Positions 13,171 to 26,188 of a stretch of 64,000 bases of DNA are shown piece after piece. The translations under genes and the position numbers were made by a program. The stretch comes from Paragordius varius (Eukaryota; Animalia; Nematomorpha): assembly GCA_964247055.1 (NCBI GenBank), contig OZ176055.1, positions 1,488,001 to 1,552,000 of the forward strand, read 5' to 3'. Below the pieces are notes generated by a model that saw only the letters and a list, made by a program, of their open reading frames with translations, was not told where the DNA came from and did no database searches. Within the stretch, counting starts at the first letter, position 1, and every line of letters starts with the position of its first letter.

Positions 13171-16100
13171 CTAAAATGAGTGTGTTGTATCCAAGTGTTA
13201 ATATATCTTTTTGCTAAATTTTACTATCTAAGTTATCTACTCTAAGACCTAACCAAAATATATTGTCCATTATTGTAAGAAACGGGTAACAATTAAACGC
13301 TGTAAAGCCGAGCAATTCCGTTCTTTTATATAGATGGGGGGATGTTTTTTCTATACGAATATTTTTCAAGTAGTTTTGAATAATAATTTATTTGTTAGCA
13401 CTATATTACTTTAAATTAGATTATATTTTTTAATAATCTGCGCAAACATATATTTGGAGAATGGATTGCATTGAGCTACACATATCATTAATAATATAAA
13501 TTTGATAGAATTGACCTTTTATCATTTTGTTTCGGGCGTTAAGCCGCTAATTTCAGTCAAAACGTTGCAAACATTAATGCATAAATTTTTTGAATTTTTT
13601 AGTGTTTTGAGAAATACTAAAATTAATGCTATTTTAGTGACTATTCCAGGATCCGAAATAGAAAATACCTGCTATATTTTCCGATGAGAATATATTAAAA
13701 TATTATTTAAATTATAGATTCTTACCACCTTTATATTTATACATAATCGGTTTTTACTTTTGAAGTTGTATTTGCGTCCGAATTCAATATAACCCCCAAT
13801 TTCAAATTCGAACATAAATAACGAATGATACTGGCCCAAATAAATATGCAATATATAACTTTTAGGTAAAATTAGAATCCTAAAAAATCCTCATGTCAGA
13901 CCTTTGATGCTAAATATTTTTTTTAAAATAAATATTGGAAAATTTATATATATATATATATATATATATTTACACATAAAATAATAAATGGCGGTAATGC
14001 CTATTATGTGATTAAGATGAGTCGTTTAAATTTTTAGAGCAATAAGTGGGAATTTTTTTACATATTATGTAAATAATATAAATAAATGTTTTATAATTAT
14101 ATTAGCGGGAGAACTAAAAACCATAATATAAAAAGTTAGGTTAACCACTAATAAAAACTGCAAACTTCCTATAAAATGTTTGTAAAAACCTATTCTATGT
14201 ATTTTTTATTTAGATATGGCCTTGTTATTACTCTATTTGAGACATGTAGATCATACTATTTCAATAATCTCCTAATAAACAATATTATCGCATACGGGCC
14301 TCGAGGTTTATTTTGGATATGAATAACAATGCTCGCAAAAATATAACATAGATTATTTAAAATTTTTAAATCATACTTTAATTGGTTGAAAAAATAAAAT
14401 AACGTTGTAATTTCAAAACTAAATTCTGATAGTAATATACCTAGCGGGTGAAACCAAAATTATGCAACGTTATCACAATTGGGTTTATAATATCACTCCA
14501 TATATTAGACATTTTCCAATCCAAGTTTCAATCTTTATGATGACCAAACTTTATCCCAAATAATTTTATGCATTCTCTGCTCAAATTATCTCTTTATAAT
14601 TCAAAAAAAACGCCTAAAATCCTGGCATAACACCGGCCATAATTAAATGTTATATTTTTTCATATCCTAAGTTTAAGGACTAATATTTTTTGATTAATAC
14701 TTTTAACTAGAATGTATATCACCAGAGGGCATTTCTATGGGCTAAAAGACATAAATTTTAAATATAATTAAAATTTTCCAGGAAATTTTTAAGTAGCGTA
14801 TGTCTCAATTAAACTTTTCATTTAACCAAGGATGTCCAAAACAAATTGAGTTTTTAACTTAAAAAATTCGGCAGAATGCATTTTATGGGCATTAATAAAT
14901 TTTTTATTAGATAAGACAGTAAATTAAAAACTCAATATCACTCCTATATATTTTAACAGAATTCGCTAATTCGTTGTCTTTAAAAAAACTATTTCAGATA
15001 ATATATATAAAAAATATCAATTTCATTAGATTTTTAAACACATTTCTGCAAATCATGAAATATCATATTTATAAGGAATTGTTCATTTTTTCGTGGGTCG
15101 ATGGAAGGGCCGCGTGTTGAATACTGCTGATCTAAACATTTGATAATCAGCTAATTATAGTCAAGATAAATGATTAACTATCGACACTGTATAATCACGT
15201 TTATCACAAAAGTTTGCATCTATTCATGCACCAAAATATTTTACATCCAAATTGTTGTTTTTTTGGTGCTACTTAAGGGCAATTTAAGATCAGGATGTTT
15301 CTGTATTTTTTATTGCTTAATTACAAAAAAATTAACTCTAATAACCGTAGAATAAAGTAATAGGTTAATTTTTAGAAAATTAAAAAGTAATGGCAAATAG
15401 TTTGATACGAATTTTTCTATAAAACCTGAATGCTATTCAAATTTTTAGCTTATAAAAACATATATTTTAAATTGAACCTCCTATTATAGTTATTTTAAAA
15501 TAATATCGATTTCTCGGTTAGCAAATTACCCCAAATAGAATCGGCGACAAAGATGTTGGATAATAAGGTTGAGTCTAAAATATAAGTAATAATAAAGATA
15601 TATTATGATAGATATGTATTTATCAAATGGGGTACCACTGCTAGTCAATAAAAATATTATTTGGTGTACAAAATTTATTTCAAATCATTTCAAAGCAAAA
15701 TGATATCCTTGCCAATGTGATTTTTTTGATTTCAATAAAAGAATTTTATCTAAATGCATGAGTTATAATTTTAGGAATTGGTCATATTTTTATCAATTTT
15801 TGACATAATATAACTATCAAACCGAATGCAACTCAACGAATAGTATATTTGAGCCAAAAATTAACATAATGATGGATTGCATTCAAAGTTACATAAACAT
15901 TACCAAGAACAGTATAAGCTTCTTACCCTTTAATTAGAATCCCGTTTTTGGCAAAAGAATGAGAAATCAAATATTCTGCTAATCATTACAAATTGTGTAA
16001 TAAATCCTAATAAAAATATATATTAAGAAAATGTATCAAAATTATATTTATGCTTTTAATTTTGGCCCTTACGAGTTTTATACTTTTGTGGTAACTGCTC

Positions 16101-16750
16101 CATAACAAAAAAATGGTAATAAACAAACTTTGGTTTATGAACACGTCAAAAATAAAAAAAGGCGAAAGGGACGAGTAACAATCGAATTTTTAATTAACTG
16201 CTATATTTTGACATCAAAAAACGTTTCAAAAAAATGGATATTTAGTGTAAATTTACACGGGGAAACGAATTTAAGATTTTTGAATCAATGTGAAATATCA
16301 ACATTTCAGGATATTAAAAACACTTGAGCTCTTTCAATTTTAGAACTAGTTAAATCATATATAATAGGGTGTTTACAGTGATATTAAAAACTTTTAAAAC
16401 AGATGTTTATTTAACGAGATTAAGCTTTGGGATAAAGAACTACCCCTAAAATGTAGAAGCGTAGTTTAATTCATAAGTAATTTAGCAAATTTAAATAATA
16501 TCTAAAATACAATTCATCCTCAATATTAATTTAAAAAGAATTCCTTCAATATATTTCTCTTTTTCTACCTTATATAATTTCTATCGTATCATAAAATTTT
16601 GATATAGATTGCTATATATACATTTTATGGCCCTTTCATTTTTCACTTCTGTTCTACGTGACATATTGGGTATTTTATATCCTACACTATATCCACAAAA
16701 AATAACATGTTGAAATATATATATTCTGATAGAAAAATGATTCAGGATTA

Positions 16751-17026
16751 TAATGGTGCTTTTGGTTTAGGAACGAGAGATATACGAAATTAATTTACTA
16801 TTTTAATAGGTGCTCCATATTAAAATATCAAAAATTTGAGCTTATTTTTTGTAATAAAATTGATGAAAGCTTAAATGCTTCCTTTCTAAAATATCATGAA
16901 AACATATCATAAACTACGTATAAAAAGCAAAAAGAAATTTTCAGAAATATTATAATTTTTAGATGTGGGCTCTAAAAGCCCCAAATTTTTTGCTCTTCAA
17001 AAGTGTTCTACTTCATTTAAAATAAG
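16751..17026 (+). repeat. Dispersed repeat, probably a non-autonomous DNA-transposon family; inverted homologue at about 41790-42052 (and 63780-64000)
   Basis: Shared blocks ATGGTGCTTTTGGTTTA, TTTTAGATGTG.GCTCTAAAA and AAAAGTG....TTC.TTTAAAATAA in the same order on opposite strands. Confidence 0.55.
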
Positions 17027-17610
17027 CGCAAAATGAAGAGATCGTGTTTAATAGTCATAATATGCTAAAACATTAAAAAATATTTTTTAGCAAAATTTCG
17101 GAGCGTACTTCATACTATTTGGATGCGAAACGGATAAAGCTTCTAGATATTATAAAAAACACTTTTTCTCTATGATTCGATGATAGTAGATTATCTATTT
17201 CCTCAATATTTTGATTAAAATATTCGTTCGTCTTCAAGATTATGTTAAAAGGGTTTTTATAATGTCTTAAGGCGTTTTTATCCCATATCCATCATGCACT
17301 ATTCAGAAAAATATTACTAAATAATTTGTAAAAAGAGTTCATTTTCTAAAAGATTTTTGATGTGAAAATTTAGCATATCAAAAATTTTATCGCGCAATCT
17401 CGACTTTTATGCGTTTATTTTAAAATATTTAGCCCATTTTAGACGAACAAAAAAAATTTAGGACGGAGCCTACAAAAAATATCTTAATTCTTTTGCTTTT
17501 TATAGGTAATGATAAATTATGGTGATATGTGTTCGTTTGGTCATTTTTAGATTTGTGTATTTACTCCAAAAGTGTGTAAATAATTTTCTTATATTCGTAA
17601 AGTCATCAAA

Positions 17611-18350
17611 TTGTTGTTGTTGCTAAGGTCGATTCCGACTAACTGCAACATTGAAAATTTAGCTTCTCCATTCATTGCGAATACCGGATCTGGTGTTTAG
17701 TTTGGATAACGATTGGTTGGTTTCTTTGAGGATGTTATCCATCTAACGAGTTCGTCTTCTAACTCTTTTACGAGCACCACTAACTTTTCCCAGCATCAGT
17801 GGTTTTTCAAGTGATGGCTCTCATAATGTGCCCGAAAAAGGAGAGTTTTTGTCGTATTAAGCTGCCTAGAAGTGACATTTCTGGGTTAATTTTATTTAAA
17901 ATAGTGGTGTTTGTTTTGTCTGTCTATTTTATTTGAAAAAGTTTTCTCCAATCCCATAATTCGAAAGAATTTATTTAACGTTCGTCATATTTTTTCAGTG
18001 TCCAGCTTTCCCATACATGAATGTGGAAAAAACTGTAGCCTTGATTAATCTGATTTTGGTTTTTAATTAAATGTCATGCGACATCCAAATCTTGTTATAT
18101 TTAAAAGTGACTGCTTTAGCAATAGCAATTCTTCGCTTTATTTTTGGCGTAGAGTTGTTCTCACTGTTAATAATGCTACCTAAGTATGTGTAACTGCTTA
18201 CTGTTTCGATCTGGTTGCCGTTAAAGATTATTGGATTAGTTTAAGCCGGGTTTATTTGCATGACTTTTGTTTTTAAAAAATTGATATTTGATCCAAATTT
18301 ATTGCATTCAGTTGTAAACACTTGCAAGGCTTGCGATAATGTGTCTACAC
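17611..18350 (-). mobile_element. 5'-truncated RTE-clade LINE, degenerate: RT C-terminal part plus (CAA)n tail
   Basis: Minus-strand fragments KTKVM, YTYLGSII, KRRIAIAK, KATVFP and a LGKVSG-type terminus; TTGTTGTTGTTG tail at 17611-17623; clearly homologous to 53985-54566. Confidence 0.85.
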
Positions 18351-19215
18351 TGTCTGCGAAACTCACCATGATAATCTTGTTATATTTTCCTATCAGAAAA
18401 TATATATTTCATCAGGTCCTTTTACTCCCCGATTTTGGATGCAGTGCTAGCGTTCAATCTTGATACATTGTTATGCTGTATTATAGAAACTTTATATTAT
18501 TTACAGTTTTGTAAATTCAGGACGGGGCAGCCTCAATATCTACACTGCTAATTTATTAAATCAATAAATATAAATTGATGGTCAAATGCAACATGATTAC
18601 CAAAGTGTATTTACATTTTCTAATCATAATTACTATTTGCCTAGTGTAACAATTTTAAAAAGTTGGATAAAAATTAACAATGAGAACTACGTGGATTTTT
18701 TTTACAATATCACATTTATTTAAAAAATAAAAGCCTAGAAAAGCTATTTCTAAATTCGGCCTATTACCCTAAATGCTTTTCAGATTTAAATTTTTAAGCT
18801 TTTAGGGATATAGAACTCCAAAGTCTTAAAGCGTTTATAACATTAAAAGCTTAATACATACAAAACCGATTTCAAATTTTTGGCAGCAAGATAAAATAGT
18901 TTTTTCAGATGTTACTTTGCACCAAAATAAATTATATTTTAAGGCTTTATAGTGGACAATATAAAATCGTTATTATAAAAAAATACTTAGGCAATCAAAC
19001 ATTTAAAATTTTTTTCTATTAATACTATACATAATATTATAACCACTCTATTACGCTTAAAATAATATTATATATAAATTAAAGTATAATTATATACTAT
19101 TAATATTAAATTAATATTTTACTTGGTAATACCTCTGATATAATAAATGAAATTTAAATAATTATTCCAAACGCATATGTATTGACATCAGTTTTTTCAT
19201 ACATTAGGATGATTC

Positions 19216-19755
19216 ATGCTCATGAAAGTTAAGGACGAAAGCGATAATGTAAAATCAGTCCTGTAATGTTTAGTTAACATTGGATGAACTGGAAAGGCGT
19301 TTGGTAAGGAGGGAACGAAACAAAATTGCAGCGGCCAAATGTAGACAGCGTCGTTTAGATCGCATCTCCTATTTAACCCAAGTATATTATTTGACTAAAT
19401 TTAGAAAACCGATCAAATGAAAAGTATTCAAGACTCTTTGATGATAAAACTCAAACAAATTGAAGAAGTTGAAAAAAAGTACGAAGATATTTTGCAAAAT
19501 CACCAATGTACATTAAAAAAGGCATTTGATAAAACGACAGAAACTAATCCTAAAGCAATTCATAAAAATTTTTCTTTGGAACTACCCGAATTAAAAACAC
19601 CTACTGAATATATGTTCAATGATATAAACACTCCTACATTGTTTTCTAATGATAATTTTCATACCGGATTAACGCCTGTTTCAAATTATACTTTAGCTGT
19701 GACATCGGCGGTGACGACCAATGTTGGTGATGTTCCTAATCTAGTCAATTTATAA
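19216..19755 (+). CDS. Fos: Fos-family (AP-1) bZIP transcription factor, about 163 aa: join(19216-19248, 19274-19381, 19405-19755); first exon tentative
   Basis: 108-nt exon LTLDELERRLVRRERNKIAAAKCRQRRLDRISYLTQ (same size and phase-0 borders as c-Fos exon 3); after a 23-nt GT-AG intron the frame continues KTDQMKS...ILQNHQC, includes TGLTP, and ends PNLVNL* (cf. c-Fos SPTLLAL). An ATF3-like identity is not fully excluded. Confidence 0.85.
19274..19381 (+). CDS. Fos: Fos basic-region exon
   Basis: tttag|TTA ACA ... ACC CAA|GTATAT; RRERNKIAAAKCRQRR. Not in the ORF track. Confidence 0.92.
19405..19755 (+). CDS. Fos: Fos zipper and C-terminal exon
   Basis: tttag|AAA ACC GAT CAA ATG; in frame with track ORF 19417-19755. 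Confidence 0.88.
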   Translation, partial: KTDQMKSIQDSLMIKLKQIEEVEKKYEDILQNHQCTLKKAFDKTTETNPKAIHKNFSLELPELKTPTEYMFNDINTPTLFSNDNFHTGLTPVSNYTLAVTSAVTTNVGDVPNLVNL

Positions 19756-19879
19756 TATTTTTTTTAATATTATATGCATACATATAAATATAGGATTTTC
19801 AATAAAATTGTTAATTGTTTATAATTATATTTATTTGATGAAAAGGCAAATTTTGACTCCCATTTCGGAAAATTTATTT

Positions 19880-20110
19880 ACTGCATTGAAACAAATGGAC
19901 CGCCCAACAAGGTTTTGCACCAGCCCATTTTTTTGCGTTTTCTGTTATCTAATGGCATGAAAAAGCCAAAACAAATGAGGCCGCCAATAGGATTTAATTT
20001 AATTTTTAATTTTGTATTTAATTTTAAAAAAGAATTATTCCTCGCGTACATATATTTAAATAAGCAAGTCGATACAAGTGGTATTCCAAAGCTAGATTTT
20101 CATTTAACTT
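19880..20110 (-). pseudogene. Possible degenerate retroelement integrase-core fragment
   Basis: Minus-strand SSFGIPLVST (cf. FGIPxxxVSD) followed by KTQKNGLVQNLVG (cf. HPKSNGMVEKLVG in the Mag element at 31230); stops and frameshifts lie between. Confidence 0.35.
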
Positions 20111-22307
20111 ATAAAAATGCCGTCGATCTTTATATTAAATAAATTGCCCAAAATCGCTGCTCAAGGTTTGCTATTTCTTTGCACGAGAATACGTCTTATC
20201 GAGCTAGCTTCTTATTCGACATTATACAATAAATAAATATCATTTATTGATTATATTAATTAAAAATTCTATGTATTAAATAAAAGAGAATACGAAACTT
20301 TAAGAACATAGAATTAAAATAAATTGCTAAGAGCCAAAGAATTTTAAAAATAAAAAATATTAAAAATCTAAAAGATCTTATGCATGGTGTGATGTTATAG
20401 ATACGGGCGGCTTGCACAAGCTTTGCAATAATCCCTTAAGCAATTCTATAATTATGCCAGATATGGAAAAAATGAGTGATCGTAGAGGACGGTAGGAGAG
20501 ACCTGCAGATATTATATTATAACGTAGTCTTCAGCAAAATCCAGGGAAATCGTCATGTCAAATTAACCAATTCACACAACAGATTTAAAAAATATGACCC
20601 TTTAATTCTGATAAGAAGATTAAGTTCAATTGGTCATATTGTAATTATTAAAATTATGTTAGGATATCTATCATCCAGGTAAAAAAAGTGGCTGCCCAAC
20701 ATCCATCTGAATTCTACATCCAATCATTTTCAAAATAAATAATATCCAGCAGCTATATAACAGGATTGTTATTAAGAATTAACCGAAGAGAAAAACCCTA
20801 ATAAGTACTTGGAAAGCTAACAAAATAAAAATAGCTTATCTGAAAGCGAAGGTTTAAACCACAAAATGCCTCTTAGTTTTTTTATTATATGTGTTTAAAA
20901 TTAGTTTAAAAAAACACCAAATTATAAAGTTTATACCTGAAGTATTATTTTCTCCCTGATATTTTAATAACATATTATATTCAAAAGATAGAGTTTAAAA
21001 CGCTTTATCTAATAATACCAATTTTATATATAATATTAATTATAAATTTAATTTTCTGTCTATCTTTTGTTTTTGAAAAACCTGTGATATCTCATATTTC
21101 TGATTGGGGGGATCTAAATTTTTTTAGATTGGTTTTAGAACACTAAAATCAATCAAAATTCAAAAATTTAGGTGGTGGTGCTCGAAAAAGTCAGAATTTG
21201 TCGACTAGTGTTATGGAAAAATAATTTATTTAAAAATTTTATTATATTTCAAAAATATTTAGTCCTAATGTTAGATTTTATCTAAAATTTGCAATTATAT
21301 ATATTAACATTATATTTATCTTTTCAATTTTTATATATATTTTTATGTATATGCCAGTTCAGAATATTTAGGAGAAAATATAATATTACAAGTTATTTGA
21401 AATATGATCAAACAATTATATATATAGTTTTAGTTTTGTAACTTTTAAAGTCTAAAATTATAGCACTTAAATTCATTCGAACAAACCGTTGATTATAGAA
21501 TTTATAGTTAACCAATATTTGCTTCATTAATTTTTTAAATATTTCTATTTGCCATTTTTTTATTCCCAAAGAGTTTTGGCGGCTGAAAGTCAGCCATTTT
21601 TGAATATTTTGTAGAATTAGCTTTGAAGGGCAGAGAATGCTTATTTTTATATTTAACACAAGATTTTAGTTTATGTTAAAAATGGTTCTGGGCTAGAAAA
21701 CTTCTTAAAAAGGCAGGAAATGTTAATGAGACAAGACAAGAGCATGTTAAAGAAGTTACAGGTCGGTATACATGCCCCTTGAAATTTGAATTAAGATATT
21801 TCAAAATTATCCCTACCCTAATTTTAGTCATTTTTTAGGAGTACCAACTACCCATTTATACATTTGCGCTCGAACTGGTTCCAATGGCCACTATATAAGA
21901 TAAAAACTTGCATCCCCCAACTTTACGGAAACCATAGTTCCCTCAATGTGGGTTTTTTTAAGTTTTAAGGGTTTGCTGTGGAAACCAATCTTATCATTTT
22001 GCTTTTGTTTCGCCTATACCCATCCACACGGGTTTGTGCCTTATAGTATATCATTACGTACAATTTCTCATATATTATTAGCCTTATTTGGGAAGCCGCT
22101 TGTGACATCTAGCTAATTACAAGCGGCCTTAAACACCCCGCCAAAACTTTAGCACTGCTTGTGATATTCATTCTTAATCTTAGTAGCCAATGTAATATTG
22201 TCGCGTTTCGATGTTCTTTAAGCCTTTTATTTATTTAAGTTCTTTGAAGCTATATCAATCATTTACACTGAACATTTTTATTTCTGGTAAGTTTTGCTCT
22301 GTACCTC

Positions 22308-22585
22308 TGATATGTAGTTGATATGACACAACATTGCATTCATCTTACATCATATTATTATTATTATTATATCAAACGCTTTTAGCTTTTATGTTAGTGC
22401 GTCAATATTCGTGGAATTATATAAATATTCGTATAAAACACATATTCTTACATTTGTGACGCACATTCTTTATAAATTATAATTAATAAAATGCATGTAT
22501 GTGTTGGTAAAAAGAATAAATATTACAACAATTTTAATAAATACACATTATCTTAATTTTACGTTTTCCGTTATACTATTTAATA
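22308..22585 (+). repeat. 5' LTR of element 1
   Basis: Direct repeat of 26204-26490; TG...TA ends. Confidence 0.9.
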
Positions 22586-22587
22586 TT

Positions 22588-22597
22588 TGGCGACGAG
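22588..22597 (+). promoter_or_regulatory. Primer-binding site TGGCGACGAG, complementary to the 3' end of tRNA-Ser(GCT)
   Basis: 2 nt after the LTR; animal tRNA-Ser(GCT) ends ...CUCGUCG-CCA. Confidence 0.75.
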
Positions 22598-25500
22598 ATG
22601 AAGAAAATTTCGATTTAAGAATACGATGACACTTATGATTTTGCCACCTACTTGAGATATGTCAAAAGGGTTATGATATCCAAAAATGTTAAACTAATGA
22701 AGATAATATCAAGATAATACTGTTTTTGGCATGAGCTGGTCTTAAAACAATAATAAGATCGAAACAATAATATTTCCAGAATCTGATACTCCTTCGTCCA
22801 TAATTCATGACATTGGTCTTAACCTTTTCTCACCCGCCAACTATGTCTTCGCTGAAAGGTTTAAGTTTGCTCGTTTACGGAGAAATGTTGGAGAAACTTT
22901 CACGGAATTTTTGCAAAGAGTCAAGAGTGTGTCGTAAAAGGCTGAATTTTAAACAGAGGTGCAGGAGAGAGTTAGAGACAGATTTGTGGCTGGATTAAAA
23001 TTGCAATCATTGGAAGTGGGTGTATATTCCCGATTTCCTGATGCGAAGTGTGATGGGAAGGCGGTGTCATTAACCACCATTTTCGACATGGCCTTGGCTC
23101 ATTGCAAGGGCCGATATTGCCTCCCATGTGTCGTCAAGCAGTATCCTCAAAATTCAAAAGAATCGGTCGAATGATAATAATAATAATTATAATAGTAATA
23201 TTATGGAATATAAAAAAATGATGGCAATAATAATAAATGGAAGCGGAGATGTGGCAAATGTGGTAAATCTCATATACCAAAACGATGTCCCGCATTCGGA
23301 AAAATATGCCACAATCGTATTAAAAATCATTTTCAGGCAATGTGTCGCCATAATAAACGTTATAGTGATAATATAAACGCTAATTATAATAAATGGGGCA
23401 CACAATCTAACATTTGCGCTACGATTAATGGCCAAGCTGTCAGTATGGTTTTTGATACTGGAGCTGCTGCTTCTCTGATTAATAAAATGTCTGGAAGACG
23501 ATGGGATCACCTTTACTAGAAACAAAATCAAATTCCTGGGAAAAACAGCTGTCAGTGTAACAATGGGAAATATTACTAACGGAAGAAGAGCTATCTCTGA
23601 TATTTGGGCTGCCTTGGATCATTGGTTGTGGTATGACCTTACCGGATAACGTAGAAGTTGACCAAATAACATCTAATAAGAATGATGATCATAATGATGT
23701 ATTCAACCCGTTTCCAAAAATCTTTAACGGGGAGTTGGGCTGTTACAACCTGTTAAATTGTATGTTTCAGGTGTGATACTAAAAGTCTGCGCTGCACGGC
23801 GAATTCCATTGGCATTACATAGAGTAGAGATGGAAGTGCAGAGACTGATGGACCTAGGGATAGTGAGTCCCGCTGATCCTACACAACACCATGTGGAGTG
23901 GGCGACTCCCACAATTAACGTCGTAAAAACTAATGGGAAAATTAGGGTGTGCGCTGATTTCCGGGTAACAATCAATTCTTTGATGGAGAACATATTTTAG
24001 ATTATCCCGACATTTGACACAATCGCGTTTAAATGTGCGGGATCCACATGGTTCTCGTCCATTGATTTAAAGGATGTTTACATTCAAATGGTTAATTACT
24101 ACCCCGATGGGATATTATTATTTAATTGTCTACCATTTGGATTGAAGGTTTCCCCCGTACTTTTCCAAAGAATAATGGATAAGGTATATAAGATTGTAGG
24201 GTCACAATGGCGTTCCTCGACGATGTATTGATTGTTGATAATACAAAAGATGAACATGATAGAATTAACGAGACCCTAGCAAGGTTGCAAAAATTCGGTT
24301 TTACTTAGGAAGGATAAACTGAAACTTTTTATCAGAACAATATTATATTCCTGGGTTTTGAGCCATCAAAACAAGGAATTCGTCCTGTACAAGATAAAAT
24401 TAACGCCATTACGAAATGTGCGACACCTACCAATAAAACTGAGTTAAGATTGTTTTTGGGATTGCTCAATTTCTATGAACGCTTTATTCCTGTCTTACAT
24501 GTCAAAGTTAGCAATCTACATGCACTAACAGAATCCAAAAATGAATAGAGATGGTCACAAGAACATCAAAAGGAATTTAAGCGGGCAAAAAACTTAATAT
24601 CAAGAGAATCTTTAATTGCCACTTATAATAAATAATAAAGCAATAATACAATTGGATGCGTCTACAAAAGACTTCGGAGCTGTACTTCTGCAAATGGAGA
24701 ATGAGAGAATCCTACCAATTGCATTCACGTCAAGAAAATGCCAGAATGCAGAAAAAAATTATTCTGTGATTGAATTGGAAATTAGGGCTTTGCTATTTGG
24801 GTTAAAAAAATTCCATTGTTATATATATGGCCAGAAATGTGAGGTCTGGTCAGATCATAAGCCGTTAGTTTATTTATTCGAAACGGAAGTGAAAAACTAT
24901 TAAAAACTGTAAATTGATAAAATGAATTTACAAGGCCGCCGCGTTTGATTTTGATATGAAATATATCGGGGGATCGACAAACATGGCCGATGTGTTTTCA
25001 AGACTTCCCGAAAAGAGTCAAGATACCATTAGCCAATGATGGTGAATATGTGGCTAAACAAATCCGACAAATCGCATTCGTGGTAGATTTAACCCAAATA
25101 AAAAAATTGTTTGGAGGATAAACCGTTTAAACGATTACGTATGGCACTTAAAAATAATGATTGGTTAACACCGGAATTATCCGCATTCAAAGCCGTGGGA
25201 TATCAAACAAGCTGATGATTTCTTATATGTTGGTGATCGGTTAATTATCCAAACAGCTGCGCGGAAACGAATTTTGGCTTATCATGTTGGACATCTGGGG
25301 ATCGTTGCTATGAAAAACACAGTGAGGTTGTTGGCGTTTTGGCCTGGAATAGATAAGGATATTGAAAAGTTAGCACACGACTGTCAGTGTTGTCAGAGGA
25401 ACAGGGCGAACATTGTTGAGAATACGGTATATAAAGGGAAAATGTAGGAATATAAGAAAGACTCCATGTGGGCATCGCGAGTCCCATGTGTGGTAAATAT

Positions 25501-26188
25501 TGGTTGGTTTTAATTGACGCGTTCTCGAGATAGGTGGAGGTGGAGATACTTAGCCGTATTACATCTGATGTGATTTTAAAACAATTGGAGAATTGGTTTG
25601 CCTCTTATGGTTTTCCAAGAATATTAGTATCCGATAATGCTACTTAATTAAAATCGTTCAATTTTCGAGAAAAGATGACAAACTGGAACATTAATCATGT
25701 GACGTCTGATTCCTATCACCCTAGGACGAATGGTTTGGTGCACAGAGTGATTTACACGTTGAAATCAAGATTTGCTGTACGATGGTGACTGGCATAAAGA
25801 ATCAAGAGACTTTAAATAATGTATTATTGGCCTATCGAAACTCGTGGCATAATGAAATAAATACGACTCCCACATCGTTGTTTTTGAAGAGGAACATAAA
25901 CACACCGTTGGATTGGTTGCAAGATTAAGAAGCGCCGAAAGAAAGTGCACCACCTAATACCGTTAAGAAAGTTTACAGCCTGACAACCAATTTTCATAAA
26001 TAATGAGATATCAAAAGGTTGGCGACCGGGAACGGTGGAAGCAAGAACGGGTCCATTGTCGTACAAAGTAAGTGATGAAGAAGGGAAACAGATGAGGAAA
26101 CATGAGGATCAACTGAGGTTATGGTAGACAGAGTGAGGCCCCCCAAGCTGTAACCAGATCGAGTCCGAAAACCTCCTAGGCGTTTTTT

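Noticed and set aside
19209-19276. GRKR frame flanked by TAA codons upstream of the Fos basic region (possible stop-codon reassignment)
   Set aside because: Long Pax6 and Fos exons contain no in-frame TAA/TAG and Fos ends on TAA; the standard code explains everything.
19756-19880. ATTTA elements in the Fos 3' UTR
   Set aside because: Expected by chance at this AT content.
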